DNA of 52,662 nucleotides from Candidatus Elulimicrobiales bacterium (GCA_034927475.1 JAYFPW010000004.1:1-52662); one strand, 5' to 3'. Positions 38,087 to 47,865 are shown, counted from the stretch's first letter. Numbers and translations are program-made. The notes: a model not told the origin generated them from the sequence alone.

Positions 38087-39589
38087 ATGAAAAAAGAAAA
38101 TTTTTATATCACCACCACTTTACCCTATGTAAATGCGTCACCGCATATTGGTTTTGCGATGGAGATAATTAGAGCCGATGTTGTCGCTCGCTATAAAAGG
38201 CATGCTGGGTACAAGGTGTTTTTTAATACTGGTACAGACGAGCATGGTCAAAAACTTTTTGAGGCAGCAAAGAGCGAAAATATTTCTACCAAAGAATATG
38301 TAGATAAAAATTTTTTAGGTTTCTTAAATTTGATTGAGGCTTTAAATATCTCAAGCGACACTTTTATCCGTACTACAGAAGAAAGACATATAAAAGCGGC
38401 ACAAGAAATTTGGAGAAGATGTGAGGACAACGGATATATTTATAAAAAAAATTATGAAATGAAATATTGTGTAGGCTGTGAATCTGAAAAACAAAATTCC
38501 GAACTCGATGAAAATGGAAGATGTTTAGAGCACCCAAATAGAGAGTTAGAAATTCGTGAAGAAGAAAATTATTTTTTCAGCTTTTCTAAATTAGAAGAAA
38601 AACTTTTAAATTTTTATGAAGAAAATCCTACTTTTGTAATACCAGATTTTAGATTTAATGAAATTAAAAATTTTGTTAAAAATGGTCTTCAAGATTTTTC
38701 TATTTCACGCCTTAAATCAAAAATGGAATGGGGAATACCTGTGCCAAACGATGAAGAGCATGTAATGTATGTTTGGTTTGACGCTCTTACTAATTATATT
38801 TCTACCCTAGATTGGCCAAAAGAAACAAATTCAAATTTTATAGATTTTTGGTTACAAAAAGAAAATGAAAAAAGAGAAGTAATTCAATATTGCGGTAAAG
38901 ATAATCTCCGATATCAAGCAGCGACTTGGCAAGCCATGCTTATGGCTGCCGAAATTCCAAATTCTACAAATATTATTATTGATGGTTTTATTATTTCCGG
39001 AGGACAAAAAATGAGTAAAAGTTTAGGAAATGTTATCAGTCCATATTCTATAATAGAAAAATACAAAGAGGTGACAGATTTTCCAGAAGAAGTTTTAAGA
39101 TTTGTTTTGACTCACGAAGTTGCAAATTTTGAAGACAGTGATATCACTGAAGATTCTATTAAAAATTCATACATCACCTTTTTGCAAAATGGTCTAGGAA
39201 ATCAAGTTAGTCGTATTATGAAACTCTCTAATCAATATTTGGCAAAAGGGGACATCGAAGAAGTTTTAGCAAAAACTGAAGAAATTTCTTTTGCTGAAGA
39301 ATATGAATCACATTTAAACAATTTTAAATTAAATGAAGCTATACATTTTGTAACAAATGAACAAAAAAAGTTGGACGAATATATTCAAGAGACAGCTCCA
39401 TTTAAATTATTAAAAAGTGAATCTGAAGGAGATAAAGAAAATGGAAAGAATATTTTAAAAAATTGTGTGAAAGAGCTTTTAACTATTGCTTATCATTTAA
39501 ATTTCTTTATGCCGAAGACCTCAGAGATAATTTTTGAATTAGTAAAAGAAAATAAAATGCCAGAAAAGCCATTGTTTGGTAGAATTTAA
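38087..39589 (+). CDS. metG: Methionine--tRNA ligase (no C-terminal tRNA-binding domain)
   Basis: YITTTLPYVNASPHIG, TGTDEHGQK, YVWFDAL.NY, KMSKSLGN. Confidence 0.96.
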   Translation: MKKENFYITTTLPYVNASPHIGFAMEIIRADVVARYKRHAGYKVFFNTGTDEHGQKLFEAAKSENISTKEYVDKNFLGFLNLIEALNISSDTFIRTTEERHIKAAQEIWRRCEDNGYIYKKNYEMKYCVGCESEKQNSELDENGRCLEHPNRELEIREEENYFFSFSKLEEKLLNFYEENPTFVIPDFRFNEIKNFVKNGLQDFSISRLKSKMEWGIPVPNDEEHVMYVWFDALTNYISTLDWPKETNSNFIDFWLQKENEKREVIQYCGKDNLRYQAATWQAMLMAAEIPNSTNIIIDGFIISGGQKMSKSLGNVISPYSIIEKYKEVTDFPEEVLRFVLTHEVANFEDSDITEDSIKNSYITFLQNGLGNQVSRIMKLSNQYLAKGDIEEVLAKTEEISFAEEYESHLNNFKLNEAIHFVTNEQKKLDEYIQETAPFKLLKSESEGDKENGKNILKNCVKELLTIAYHLNFFMPKTSEIIFELVKENKMPEKPLFGRI

Positions 39590-39596
39590 TTAAATT

Positions 39597-40229
39597 ATGG
39601 AAGTTAAAAATGAACACGTAGATAAAGTGTTAGAACTTGCTAAGCTTTCTTCACTTTTTTCTAAAACCAAGAGAGCTGTTTTCCATGAAGATGGAGTAAC
39701 TCTTGAATCCGATACAGATCACACTTTTGCTTTAGCCTTAATTACTTGCTCTATTGCCGATACTTTTTATAAAGATAAACTTGATATGGGACTCGTTTCT
39801 CAATTTGCTACAGTTCATGATTTAGTAGAAGCTTACGCCAAAGATACAGATACTTTTTTAAATAATTCTGAAGAATCTCAAAGAGAAAAACATAAAAGAG
39901 AAAGTGATGCTCTAAAAAGAATAGGGGAAGAGTTTAACAAAGAATATTCTTGGGCACATAGAATGATTGAAGAATATGAAAAACAAAATACCAAAGAAGC
40001 TAGATTTGTAAAATTGGTAGATAAATTCTTACCAGAAATAACTAACATCTTTAATAATTTTGCCTATATAAAATCTGTAAATGCTGACAGAGAAAAATTT
40101 TATTTTTTCTATAAAGGAAAATTTGAAAGATTAAAGAAAGCAAATATAGAAGAATTTCCAGAAGTTATAGAAATTTATGAAAATATTTCAAATAGAATGT
40201 ATGATCTCTATGAAGAAGTAATGAACTAA
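39597..40229 (+). CDS. HD domain hydrolase (HD_3/YfbR-like)
   Basis: ESDTDH, VHDLVE, EARFVKLVDK. Confidence 0.88.
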   Translation: MEVKNEHVDKVLELAKLSSLFSKTKRAVFHEDGVTLESDTDHTFALALITCSIADTFYKDKLDMGLVSQFATVHDLVEAYAKDTDTFLNNSEESQREKHKRESDALKRIGEEFNKEYSWAHRMIEEYEKQNTKEARFVKLVDKFLPEITNIFNNFAYIKSVNADREKFYFFYKGKFERLKKANIEEFPEVIEIYENISNRMYDLYEEVMN

Positions 40230-40231
40230 TT

Positions 40232-41107
40232 ATGTCTTCTGATTTATCAAAAATTGAATATATAGACATTCATTCTCATTTACAATTTGAGGGCTATGGT
40301 GAGGAAAGAAAAAATATTTTAGAGAGAATGAGAGAAAATAAAGTCGCAACAATTTGTATTGGGGCTGATTTGAAAGAATCAGAAGCTGGAAAAGTTTTAG
40401 CTGAAGAAAATGAAAATATTTTTTATGCTATTGGACTTCATCCGTATGATAATCTTTCTGAATTTGGTTTTGCTTTTGATAGTCAAAAAGATTATTTTCA
40501 AAAATTGAAAAATCTAAATGGAGAGAAATGTGTCGCCATAGGGGAATGTGGTCTTGATTATTTTTACATTCATAAAAAATTTAAAGATGGAGAAATTTCT
40601 GAAGGAGAATTACAAGAAGAAATTAGTAAGCAAAAAGAAATTTTTAGACGACATATTGAACTTGCCTTAGAACTAGATTTACCTTTAATGCTCCATGTCC
40701 GTCCAAGTGAAATAGATGGAAATAAAGAAGACGCTTATTTAGAAGTTGTAGAAATTTTAAAAGAATATAAAAATGTGAGAGGTGATTTTCATTTCTTTGT
40801 TTCCACTAAAAAGGTTTTAGAAAAAATCTTAAAAGAATTACCAAACTTTAATATTTCTATCCCAGCAGTTTGTACTTTTACAAATGAATATGATGAAGTT
40901 ATAAAAAATATTCCTTTAGATAAAATTCATATAGAAACAGATTCTCCATTTGTTCTACCAAAAAATAAAAGAGGTAAAGCTAAACAAAATGAACCAACTT
41001 TCGTCATAGAAGTTTTTGATAAAATCTGCGAAATTAGAAATATTGAAAATAAAGAAGAATTTAAAGAGATTTTAAAGCAGAATTTTAAAAGAATGTTTTT
41101 GAAATAA
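40232..41107 (+). CDS. TatD family hydrolase
   Basis: IDIHSH, GLHP, AIGECGLDY, LHVR, IETDSP. Confidence 0.93.
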   Translation: MSSDLSKIEYIDIHSHLQFEGYGEERKNILERMRENKVATICIGADLKESEAGKVLAEENENIFYAIGLHPYDNLSEFGFAFDSQKDYFQKLKNLNGEKCVAIGECGLDYFYIHKKFKDGEISEGELQEEISKQKEIFRRHIELALELDLPLMLHVRPSEIDGNKEDAYLEVVEILKEYKNVRGDFHFFVSTKKVLEKILKELPNFNISIPAVCTFTNEYDEVIKNIPLDKIHIETDSPFVLPKNKRGKAKQNEPTFVIEVFDKICEIRNIENKEEFKEILKQNFKRMFLK

Positions 41108-41226
41108 GTATTTAAGACTTACCCTTATAACCAAAGATAGTATTATTTTGTCTCTAAAATATATTTGAAAAATATAGGCTTTTGTGTTATTATACGAACC
41201 TTATTAGTTATTTAAAAATAAAAAAT

Positions 41227-41778
41227 ATGAATGAAAATGAAACCGTGATGCTAGACGAAAAAGAAGTATATGAAATCTCATTTATCTTCGACGGTCGTTT
41301 AGAAGAGGGTAAGGCAGTTGAAAAACTGGAAGCTCTCAAAAAAGATATCGCTTCTCTAGAAGGAAGCTTCATTTCAGAAGAAACTCCATACATGCGTGAG
41401 CTATCTTATGAGATGGTTAGAGTGGTGAATAATGTAAATGTAAAATTTGCACAAGGATATTTTGGTTGGGTTAAATTTGAACTTTTACCAAAAGATTTAG
41501 AAGAGATTAATAAGAAGCTCAAGCTCGATGAAGAAGTTATAAGATTTCTCATCGTCAAAACTACAAAAGGAAATGATATCTTTACAAAAGATATCCCTGT
41601 AATGAAAGCAGATCCTGTCTTTTCAGTTTCTCCGAAAGAAGAAGTTGAAAGTGAAGAAGGAAATGTTGATACAACAGTAGAAGATAATATCGAAGAAAAT
41701 TTAGATGAAGAAAAAAAAGAAGAACTTGAAGCCGAGCTTGAAGATTTAGAAACTTCATCTCCAGAAGTTGAAGAATAA
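41227..41778 (+). CDS. rpsF: 30S ribosomal protein S6 with long acidic tail
   Basis: YEISFI, LSYEM, VIRFLIVK; rpsF-ssb-rpsR synteny. Confidence 0.88.
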   Translation: MNENETVMLDEKEVYEISFIFDGRLEEGKAVEKLEALKKDIASLEGSFISEETPYMRELSYEMVRVVNNVNVKFAQGYFGWVKFELLPKDLEEINKKLKLDEEVIRFLIVKTTKGNDIFTKDIPVMKADPVFSVSPKEEVESEEGNVDTTVEDNIEENLDEEKKEELEAELEDLETSSPEVEE

Positions 41779-41882
41779 AAGTACATTAAAATTATTAAAA
41801 TCAAAAAAGTGTATCGTGATATAATTTACTTATATTTATATAAGTTGTAGGTATTAATTAATTTAAGCGTAAAAATAAAAAT

Positions 41883-42338
41883 ATGTATCTAAATAAAGTA
41901 ATGTTATACGGCAATCTTACAAGTGATCCAGATCTTCGTAGTATGCCAAATGGAAATAAAGTAATTTCTTTTGGTTTAGCGACAAACAGATCTTATAAAG
42001 ATGGAACTGGTGCTAGAAAAGAAGTGGCAGAATTTCACAACATTGTGGCTTTTGGTAAATTAGCAGAGATTTTTGCACAATGGCTTAAAAAAGGCAGACC
42101 AGTTTATATAGAAGGAAGAATTCAAACTAGAAGTTGGGATGACGCAAATGGTGGAGGTAAAAAATATAGAACTGAAATCGTAGCAGACAATTTCCAGTTC
42201 GGGGCTTCTTCTTCAAGAGACGGAGAAACTTCCTCTCCAGCTACAGTAGGCGAGACTGATATTTCTAAAGAGCTTGATGAGCTTGATACCATAGATTATG
42301 GTGATACAGAAATTAATCCAGACGATATACCATTTTAG
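41883..42338 (+). CDS. ssb: Single-stranded DNA-binding protein
   Basis: NKVMLYGNLT.DP, VYIEGRIQTRSW, C-terminal DDIPF. Confidence 0.97.
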   Translation: MYLNKVMLYGNLTSDPDLRSMPNGNKVISFGLATNRSYKDGTGARKEVAEFHNIVAFGKLAEIFAQWLKKGRPVYIEGRIQTRSWDDANGGGKKYRTEIVADNFQFGASSSRDGETSSPATVGETDISKELDELDTIDYGDTEINPDDIPF

Positions 42339-42344
42339 AAAATT

Positions 42345-42551
42345 ATGAAAAATAAAAAACAAGATTATTTCAAAGAAAATAATATAAAAATAGATTATAA
42401 AAGTATTGATATTCTTCAAAAATTTGTTAATCCAAACGGAAGAATTTTGAACAGAAAGAAAACAAATCTTTCTTCAAAAAATCAAAGACTTTTAGCTAAT
42501 GCTATTAAGAGAGCAAGATTTATGGGCTTAATGCCTTATGTGGCTAGATAA
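42345..42551 (+). CDS. rpsR: 30S ribosomal protein S18
   Basis: IDYK, GRIL.R, QR.LANAIKRARFMGLMPY. Confidence 0.96.
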   Translation: MKNKKQDYFKENNIKIDYKSIDILQKFVNPNGRILNRKKTNLSSKNQRLLANAIKRARFMGLMPYVAR

Positions 42552-42613
42552 TCTAGCTAGGCAACTACTGCAATTATTTGCAGTTTTTGTTTTATAGACT
42601 ATTGTCGTTATAC

Positions 42614-42672
42614 AATTTTTATCTTTTTCAAGTTAGGCCCCGCAAGCAAAAACTTTCAAAAGGTAAAAATTT
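42614..42672 (+). promoter_or_regulatory. Structured leader element, copy 2 (shared with ileS leader)
   Basis: aatttttatctttt-tc-aagtt-aggccccgc-aa-gcaaa-aactt-tc-aaaaggtaaaaatt. Confidence 0.6.
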
Positions 42673-42714
42673 CTATCATTTACTAATTTAAAAAGTATTT
42701 AATTATAAAAAAAT

Positions 42715-43326
42715 ATGCATCCAAAAAAAGAAAAAACATTTGTAATTTTAAAACCAGATTCAGTGCAAAGAGGTTTAATGGGGGAAATTATTCAAAGATT
42801 TGAAAGGGTAGGATTAAAAATTGTGGCTATGAAAATGATTTTAGCCACAGAAGAGCAATGTTGGCAACATTATAATAAAGATGACGCTTGGTACACCAAG
42901 ACAGGAAATAGGATTATAGAAAACAGAAAAGCTCAAAATAAACCTATTGAAAAAGAAAATATTGAATATGGAAAAGAAGTAATAGAAGGGTTGGTAAAAT
43001 ATATGACTTGTTCACCAGTAGTGACTATGGTTTTAGAGGGCAATAGTTCTCGCGCTGTAGTAAAAAGACTAGTTGGTGGCACAGAGCCAGCAACAGCTGA
43101 TACAGGAACAATTCGTGGAGACCTCACTTTAGATTCATATTATCTTTGTGACGCTGATGATGGAAGAGCAGTGAGAAATCTAATTCACTGCACAGATCCT
43201 GCGGATGGAGATGGGGAAGCGGAAAGAGAGATATCTGTTTGGTTTAAAGAAGAAGAAATTATAAAGTGGATATCTATTAACGAAAAAATGCTTTACGATG
43301 TTGATTTAGATGGACATTTAGAATAA
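42715..43326 (+). CDS. ndk: Nucleoside-diphosphate kinase
   Basis: EKTFVILKPDSVQRGL.GEII.RFE, GTIRGD, RNLIHCTD. Confidence 0.95.
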   Translation: MHPKKEKTFVILKPDSVQRGLMGEIIQRFERVGLKIVAMKMILATEEQCWQHYNKDDAWYTKTGNRIIENRKAQNKPIEKENIEYGKEVIEGLVKYMTCSPVVTMVLEGNSSRAVVKRLVGGTEPATADTGTIRGDLTLDSYYLCDADDGRAVRNLIHCTDPADGDGEAEREISVWFKEEEIIKWISINEKMLYDVDLDGHLE

Positions 43327-43389
43327 TCTGAGATAAAAATATCTTAACGTCAAATTTGCATTTAAAATTTAAAGATATACAATATAGTT

Positions 43390-43518
43390 AGGATGCTTAA
43401 TGAATTTATCTTTCATAAACATCTATCGGGTGATGAGATATTGGATTTCTGCCGAGGCACTAATCTTTCTCTACCCACTTTAATTTAATTATTAAAGGTA
43501 GATGCCATTAAGTGTCCT
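43390..43518 (+). ncRNA. Putative compact 6S RNA
   Basis: Promoter ttgcat..tacaat; 13-bp plus 10-bp closing stems; 14/17-nt central bubble; apical stem; terminator 43522-43553. Confidence 0.6.
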
Positions 43519-43607
43519 TTACAAAAACTCCACGCAAGTCGTGGAGTTTTTGTTTTATATTTCTCAAAATAACCTAAAAAATAATGTTATAATTTTTACA
43601 TAATGTT

Positions 43608-44990
43608 ATGGCTAAAATAAAAATTCAATTTGCTGGTGGTGCTGGTACACCAACCGGCTCCAACTTTATTTTAAAAGTTGGTAAACGAACAATAATGGTT
43701 GACTGCGGATTGTTTCAGGGAGAAAAAGTTGCTGACGATATAAATAGGGAACCTTTTCTTTTTAATCCAAAAGATATAGATGTTCTTTTTGTTACACATG
43801 GACATCTCGATCATGTAGGTAGAATTCCAAAATTAGTTAAAGAAGGTTTTGAGGGGGTTATCGTTTCCACTTCAGGAACTAAAGATATTGGAGAATATGT
43901 CTTAAGGGATTCTTTAGGTATCCTTACAAAGGAGGCAGAAAGAGAAGGCTATCCACCAATTTATTCTGAAGAAGATGTAGATAAGACTATGAGCTTTTGG
44001 GAAACTAAAAATTTACATGAAGACATGTACATAGATTCTGGTGATTCGGAAATTAGAAAAATAAAAATTACTTTTTATGACGCGGGACATATTTTAGGGA
44101 GTAGTATGGTAGTTTTTGAAATTAAAGGACAGAAAATTATGTTCACTGGAGATTTAGGCAATTCTCCTTCTCCTCTTTTAAGAGACACAGAACATGTACA
44201 AGGTATAAATTATTTGATTATGGAAAGTGTTTATGGGGATAGAGAGCATGAGCACTTAAATGACAGAGTGGAAATTTTAAAAAGTTTAATTAAAAAAACT
44301 ATAGCTAAAAAAAGTGTATTAATGATACCAGCTTTTTCAGTCGAAAGGACACAACAATTAGTTTATATATTTAATAACATGGTTGAAAATAAAGAAATAC
44401 CTTTAATTCCAATTTTTTTAGATTCTCCTCTAGCTATAAATATTACTAAAGTTTATAAAAAACATGAAAAAGAGTTTAATGAAAATGTAAGAGAGATAAT
44501 TCAAAGTGGTGATGATATTTTTGCTTTTGCTGGATTAACTATGACCAAAACTCCAGAAGACTCTAAGGCTATTAATGATGTTCCTGGTCCAAAAATAATA
44601 ATAGCTGGAGCTGGTATGAGCAATGGAGGAAGAATAGTGCATCATGAGGCAAAATACTTACCAGATCATAGAAACACACTTCTTTTAATTGGTTATCAAG
44701 CTAATGGAACTATGGGTAGAAGAATTCAAGATGGTGCAAAGGAGGTGACTATTTTTAAAGAGAAAATACCAATCAGAGCTGAAATAGTAAATTTGTCAGG
44801 ATTTTCCGCCCATAAAGATTCTAGTGATTTGCAAGATTTTGTTGGAAAAATGAGAGGAAGCTTAAAAAAAGTTTTTGTTGTTTTGGGGGAACCAAAAAGT
44901 GAAAGTTATTTAGCGCAAAGGTTGGTAGAGCAATATGGAGTAAAAGCCAAAGTGCCTATTTATAATGAAACTGTCGAAATAACCTTATAA
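43608..44990 (+). CDS. MBL-fold beta-CASP metallo-hydrolase (RNA-processing nuclease family)
   Basis: VDCGLFQG, THGHLDHVGRIP, AGHILGS, MESVYG, AGMSNGGRI, FSAHKD. Confidence 0.93.
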   Translation: MAKIKIQFAGGAGTPTGSNFILKVGKRTIMVDCGLFQGEKVADDINREPFLFNPKDIDVLFVTHGHLDHVGRIPKLVKEGFEGVIVSTSGTKDIGEYVLRDSLGILTKEAEREGYPPIYSEEDVDKTMSFWETKNLHEDMYIDSGDSEIRKIKITFYDAGHILGSSMVVFEIKGQKIMFTGDLGNSPSPLLRDTEHVQGINYLIMESVYGDREHEHLNDRVEILKSLIKKTIAKKSVLMIPAFSVERTQQLVYIFNNMVENKEIPLIPIFLDSPLAINITKVYKKHEKEFNENVREIIQSGDDIFAFAGLTMTKTPEDSKAINDVPGPKIIIAGAGMSNGGRIVHHEAKYLPDHRNTLLLIGYQANGTMGRRIQDGAKEVTIFKEKIPIRAEIVNLSGFSAHKDSSDLQDFVGKMRGSLKKVFVVLGEPKSESYLAQRLVEQYGVKAKVPIYNETVEITL

Positions 44991-45012
44991 ATCTATGTTA
45001 TAATATTGCTAT

Positions 45013-45636
45013 ATGGATTCTAATAACAATAATACTGAGAAAAAGATCGTAATTTGTGTTTCTGGAGCGGCCGATGTGGCTCATTGTGGGCCAGAAGTTT
45101 TGGAGTCAGCGAGAGAGCTGGGTAGAGAAGTGGCTGAACAGGGACATGTTTTAACAACTGGAGCAACTAGCGGTTTTCCTCATGCTTCAGCTTTAGCTTA
45201 TCAAGAAGCTAAAGGCTATTTGTCTTTAGGTTTTTCACCTGCTACAGATGAGAGGGAGCATACTGATTTATATTTCTTACCACTAGATGGATGTGATTTA
45301 ATAGTTTATACAGGTTTTGGTTTTCCAATGAGAGATATTATTTTAACTAAAAGTTGTGACGCTATGGTTGTTGGCTGTGGAAGAATAGGGACTATACATG
45401 AATTCACTGTAGCGTTTGAATCTAATATACCAGTCGGAATTTTAGAAGGTCCATGGTCTACAGATGAAGTGATTCGAGATATTATTCGTAATAGTAACCG
45501 CACTAATCCAAAAGTTATTTTTGACTCCAATCCTAAAAGGATAATTGAAAGGTTGGCAGAGATGGCAAGAGAAAATAAAGACAGAAGAGAACTCGGAGAT
45601 GTTGAAATGTTTCAAGAAATTAAAGCTAAAGTATAA
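45013..45636 (+). CDS. LOG/SLOG family protein
   Basis: ARELGREVA, TGATSG, GCGRIGTIHEF..A. Confidence 0.82.
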   Translation: MDSNNNNTEKKIVICVSGAADVAHCGPEVLESARELGREVAEQGHVLTTGATSGFPHASALAYQEAKGYLSLGFSPATDEREHTDLYFLPLDGCDLIVYTGFGFPMRDIILTKSCDAMVVGCGRIGTIHEFTVAFESNIPVGILEGPWSTDEVIRDIIRNSNRTNPKVIFDSNPKRIIERLAEMARENKDRRELGDVEMFQEIKAKV

Positions 45637-45637
45637 A

Positions 45638-45670
45638 ATAAAAAAACCCGCAATTGCGGGTTTTTTTATT
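45638..45670. terminator. Bidirectional terminator
   Basis: aaaaaaacccgc-aatt-gcgggttttttt between convergent genes. Confidence 0.8.
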
Positions 45671-46010
45671 TTACAGATTCTACAACTTTTTGAAATACTT
45701 CTGGATGATTTTCTGCAAGGTCTGCTAAGATTTTTCTATCAAGACCAATATTTTTCTTTTTTAAAGCATCTATAAACTTGCTGTAAGTTGTACCAAGTGG
45801 ACGAAGAGCTGCATTCATTTTTACATTCCAAAGCTTTCGCATATCATTTTTCTTATCTCTTCTGTGTGCAAAAGCATAAACACCAGCTTTTCTTAAAGCT
45901 ACTTTCGCTTCTTTTTCTTTTGTGCTTCTACCAAATCTATATCCTTTTGCTTTTTTAAGGACACTTCTTCTGTGTTTATTTGCAATTTTACCTCCTTTTA
46001 CTCTAGCCAT
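45666..46010 (-). CDS. rplT: 50S ribosomal protein L20
   Basis: MARVKGG, AKGYR, YSKFI, LDRKILADLA. Confidence 0.97.
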   Translation of the reverse strand: MARVKGGKIANKHRRSVLKKAKGYRFGRSTKEKEAKVALRKAGVYAFAHRRDKKNDMRKLWNVKMNAALRPLGTTYSKFIDALKKKNIGLDRKILADLAENHPEVFQKVVESVK

Positions 46011-46032
46011 ATATTTTTACTTAAATTAATAA

Positions 46033-46224
46033 TTATTTTCCAAGTCCTGGAAGGAATCTCCTTTTTACTTTATTGGTCATTTGAAATTCTGACATTTTTC
46101 TTCCAGCAAGTTGTTTAGTTCTGCTTTGTCTAGAATTGAAATGGTTAAAGCCAGGCTTCCTTCCTAAAACCTTTCCTGTTTTTGTGACCTTTAGTCTCTT
46201 CGCAAGAGATTTATTTGTTTTCAT
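46033..46224 (-). CDS. rpmI: 50S ribosomal protein L35
   Basis: MKTNKSLAKRLKVTKTGK; between infC and rplT; true start at 46224. Confidence 0.92.
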   Translation of the reverse strand: MKTNKSLAKRLKVTKTGKVLGRKPGFNHFNSRQSRTKQLAGRKMSEFQMTNKVKRRFLPGLGK

Positions 46225-46249
46225 AATAAGTCTTGAAATCTTATCATAT

Positions 46250-46813
46250 TTAGCGCACTTTTTCAAGTACAGTCATAAATTTGTTACCAATTTTTTTAAC
46301 TGGTTCAGCGAGTTTGTATTCACAAGGTATAATCGCCAATATTCTATCCATACGACTTCGCAAAAAAGCCTCCTCTAAATACTTAGTACGGCCTTTCATT
46401 TGTAAGTCTATTTTTACCCTATGTCCTTCTTTTAGCCATTCAGCAGCTCTTTTAGCTTTAATTAAAATGTCGTTGTCACTAATTTCCACGCTAATTTGAA
46501 TATTTTTGGTTTCACTATTTGTTTGTTTCGCTTTTACTTCTTTTTTCTTTTTGCTCACATCGTAAGCATGTTTTCCATAATCAGCGATTTTACAAATAGG
46601 CGGATTGGCACTAGAGGAGACTTCTATTAAATCTAGACCAGCTTCTGAAGCAAGTCTAAGAGCCTCCTCTTTTTGTAAGACTCCAAGATTTTTTCCGTGT
46701 TGATCTATAACCCGCATCTCTAAAGCGCGTATCTGCCCATTGATACTTACTTTGTTTGGATTTCTTCTTTGAAAATTTCCTGAATTAGGATATCTTTTTG
46801 CTTTTAGATTCAT
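46250..46813 (-). CDS. infC: Translation initiation factor IF-3
   Basis: INGQIRA, GLDLIEV, PPICKIADYGK, WLKEGHRVK. Confidence 0.95.
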   Translation of the reverse strand: MNLKAKRYPNSGNFQRRNPNKVSINGQIRALEMRVIDQHGKNLGVLQKEEALRLASEAGLDLIEVSSSANPPICKIADYGKHAYDVSKKKKEVKAKQTNSETKNIQISVEISDNDILIKAKRAAEWLKEGHRVKIDLQMKGRTKYLEEAFLRSRMDRILAIIPCEYKLAEPVKKIGNKFMTVLEKVR

Positions 46814-46920
46814 TTATGAAAAGTATTATAGCATAATAAACACATTTGAAAATAGGGGTATATAAAAAGAAATGTTAAGAAAAGTCTTTACAAAAAACAT
46901 GAAGTTGTTAAAATATATAT

Positions 46921-47025
46921 GTAGGTATAGCCAGTGCTTTAGGCGCTGAAAGCTATACTAGACTAGATATATAAGTTGAATATATAAGTTGGAAAAGCAG
47001 ACCTCGCGGTCTGCTTTTCTTTTTC
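46921..47025 (+). ncRNA. Candidate small RNA (hairpin, two AUAUAUAAGUUG copies, terminator)
   Basis: tttaca..TGTTAAAAT promoter; hairpin 46924-46959; direct repeat 46967/46980; GC-rich terminator 46992-47025. Confidence 0.45.
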
Positions 47026-47044
47026 TTTTTTTAATATCAGTTTT

Positions 47045-47380
47045 TTAGACTTCTTTGTTTATTGTAGGCGTAGTCTCTGAAGGAGATGCTGTAAGGACTC
47101 TCACTTTTCTTTTTCTGTAAACTATGAGATAAACAATCTCTAAAATACCAAGAGTATTTAAAATGAGTATAAAAATAAACCATCCTTTATGTCCATTTTT
47201 TGCTGATCTCCAGAGAGCGAGACCTTTCCAGATAAGAGACCAGATAGCCAAGATTAAAAGAACTAAAAAAAATATACCGATTGTTTTTTCGTCTAATTGA
47301 GGGAGATTGGTTTGTCGAGACATCATTTCCTGCATTAGAGCAATCTCTTGAGGGGAGAGATTTATTCCTGTTGTTTCCAT
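47045..47380 (-). CDS. DUF5652-like small membrane protein
   Basis: WSLIWKGLALWRSAKN..KGWFI..LILNTLGILEIVY. Confidence 0.85.
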   Translation of the reverse strand: METTGINLSPQEIALMQEMMSRQTNLPQLDEKTIGIFFLVLLILAIWSLIWKGLALWRSAKNGHKGWFIFILILNTLGILEIVYLIVYRKRKVRVLTASPSETTPTINKEV

Positions 47381-47447
47381 ATTTTTATTTATATAATTTT
47401 ACTTTTATATGAGTAAATTATATCACGCAAAAATAAACACAATTTTG

Positions 47448-47835
47448 TGGAAGTGGGGGGAGTTGAACCCCCGTGCAAAAAGATTTTATAAATGACTCTA
47501 GTTTCATATCTTATTTTTTACTTTTCGTCTAAACATATAAAACAAGAAAAATTGTTTAGCTTATCTTTTTAATTTTTCAAAAATTTTCAGAAAAGAAAAA
47601 AGAAAATTTTCTACACACATTCTTTATATTACCCAAAGCTTTACGATGTGTAAATAAAACTGGATACCAAAGCGGCTAAATTAAGCGGCTACTGGAACAA
47701 ATCCAAACGCCATAAATGGTGAAGGAATTGCCTTAGATGCATTTTTTGCAACATAGTTTGAAAAATTTTAACGATATATTTTCATTATCGGAAACCACAC
47801 TTACAAAGTGCTTTGTGTCGAATCCTGACACTCCC
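47448..47835 (-). ncRNA. ssrA: tmRNA
   Basis: 5' GGGAGUGUCAGGAUUCGAC; 3' T-arm GGGGGUUCAACUCCCCC plus CACUUCCA with the G3-U pair; tag ORF ending in VAA*; smpB nearby. Confidence 0.93.
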
Positions 47836-47865
47836 ATACTTATATTATATCATTTTTGAGATAAT

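Noticed and set aside
43608-45636. ncRNA plus MBL nuclease plus SLOG protein as a defence or retron-like system
   Set aside because: The RNA has its own terminator, each gene has its own promoter, there is no reverse transcriptase, and both families are common housekeeping genes; no linkage can be shown.
47448-47476. Stand-alone tRNA fragment or attachment site
   Set aside because: It is the 3' tRNA-like end of the tmRNA whose 5' end is at 47835.
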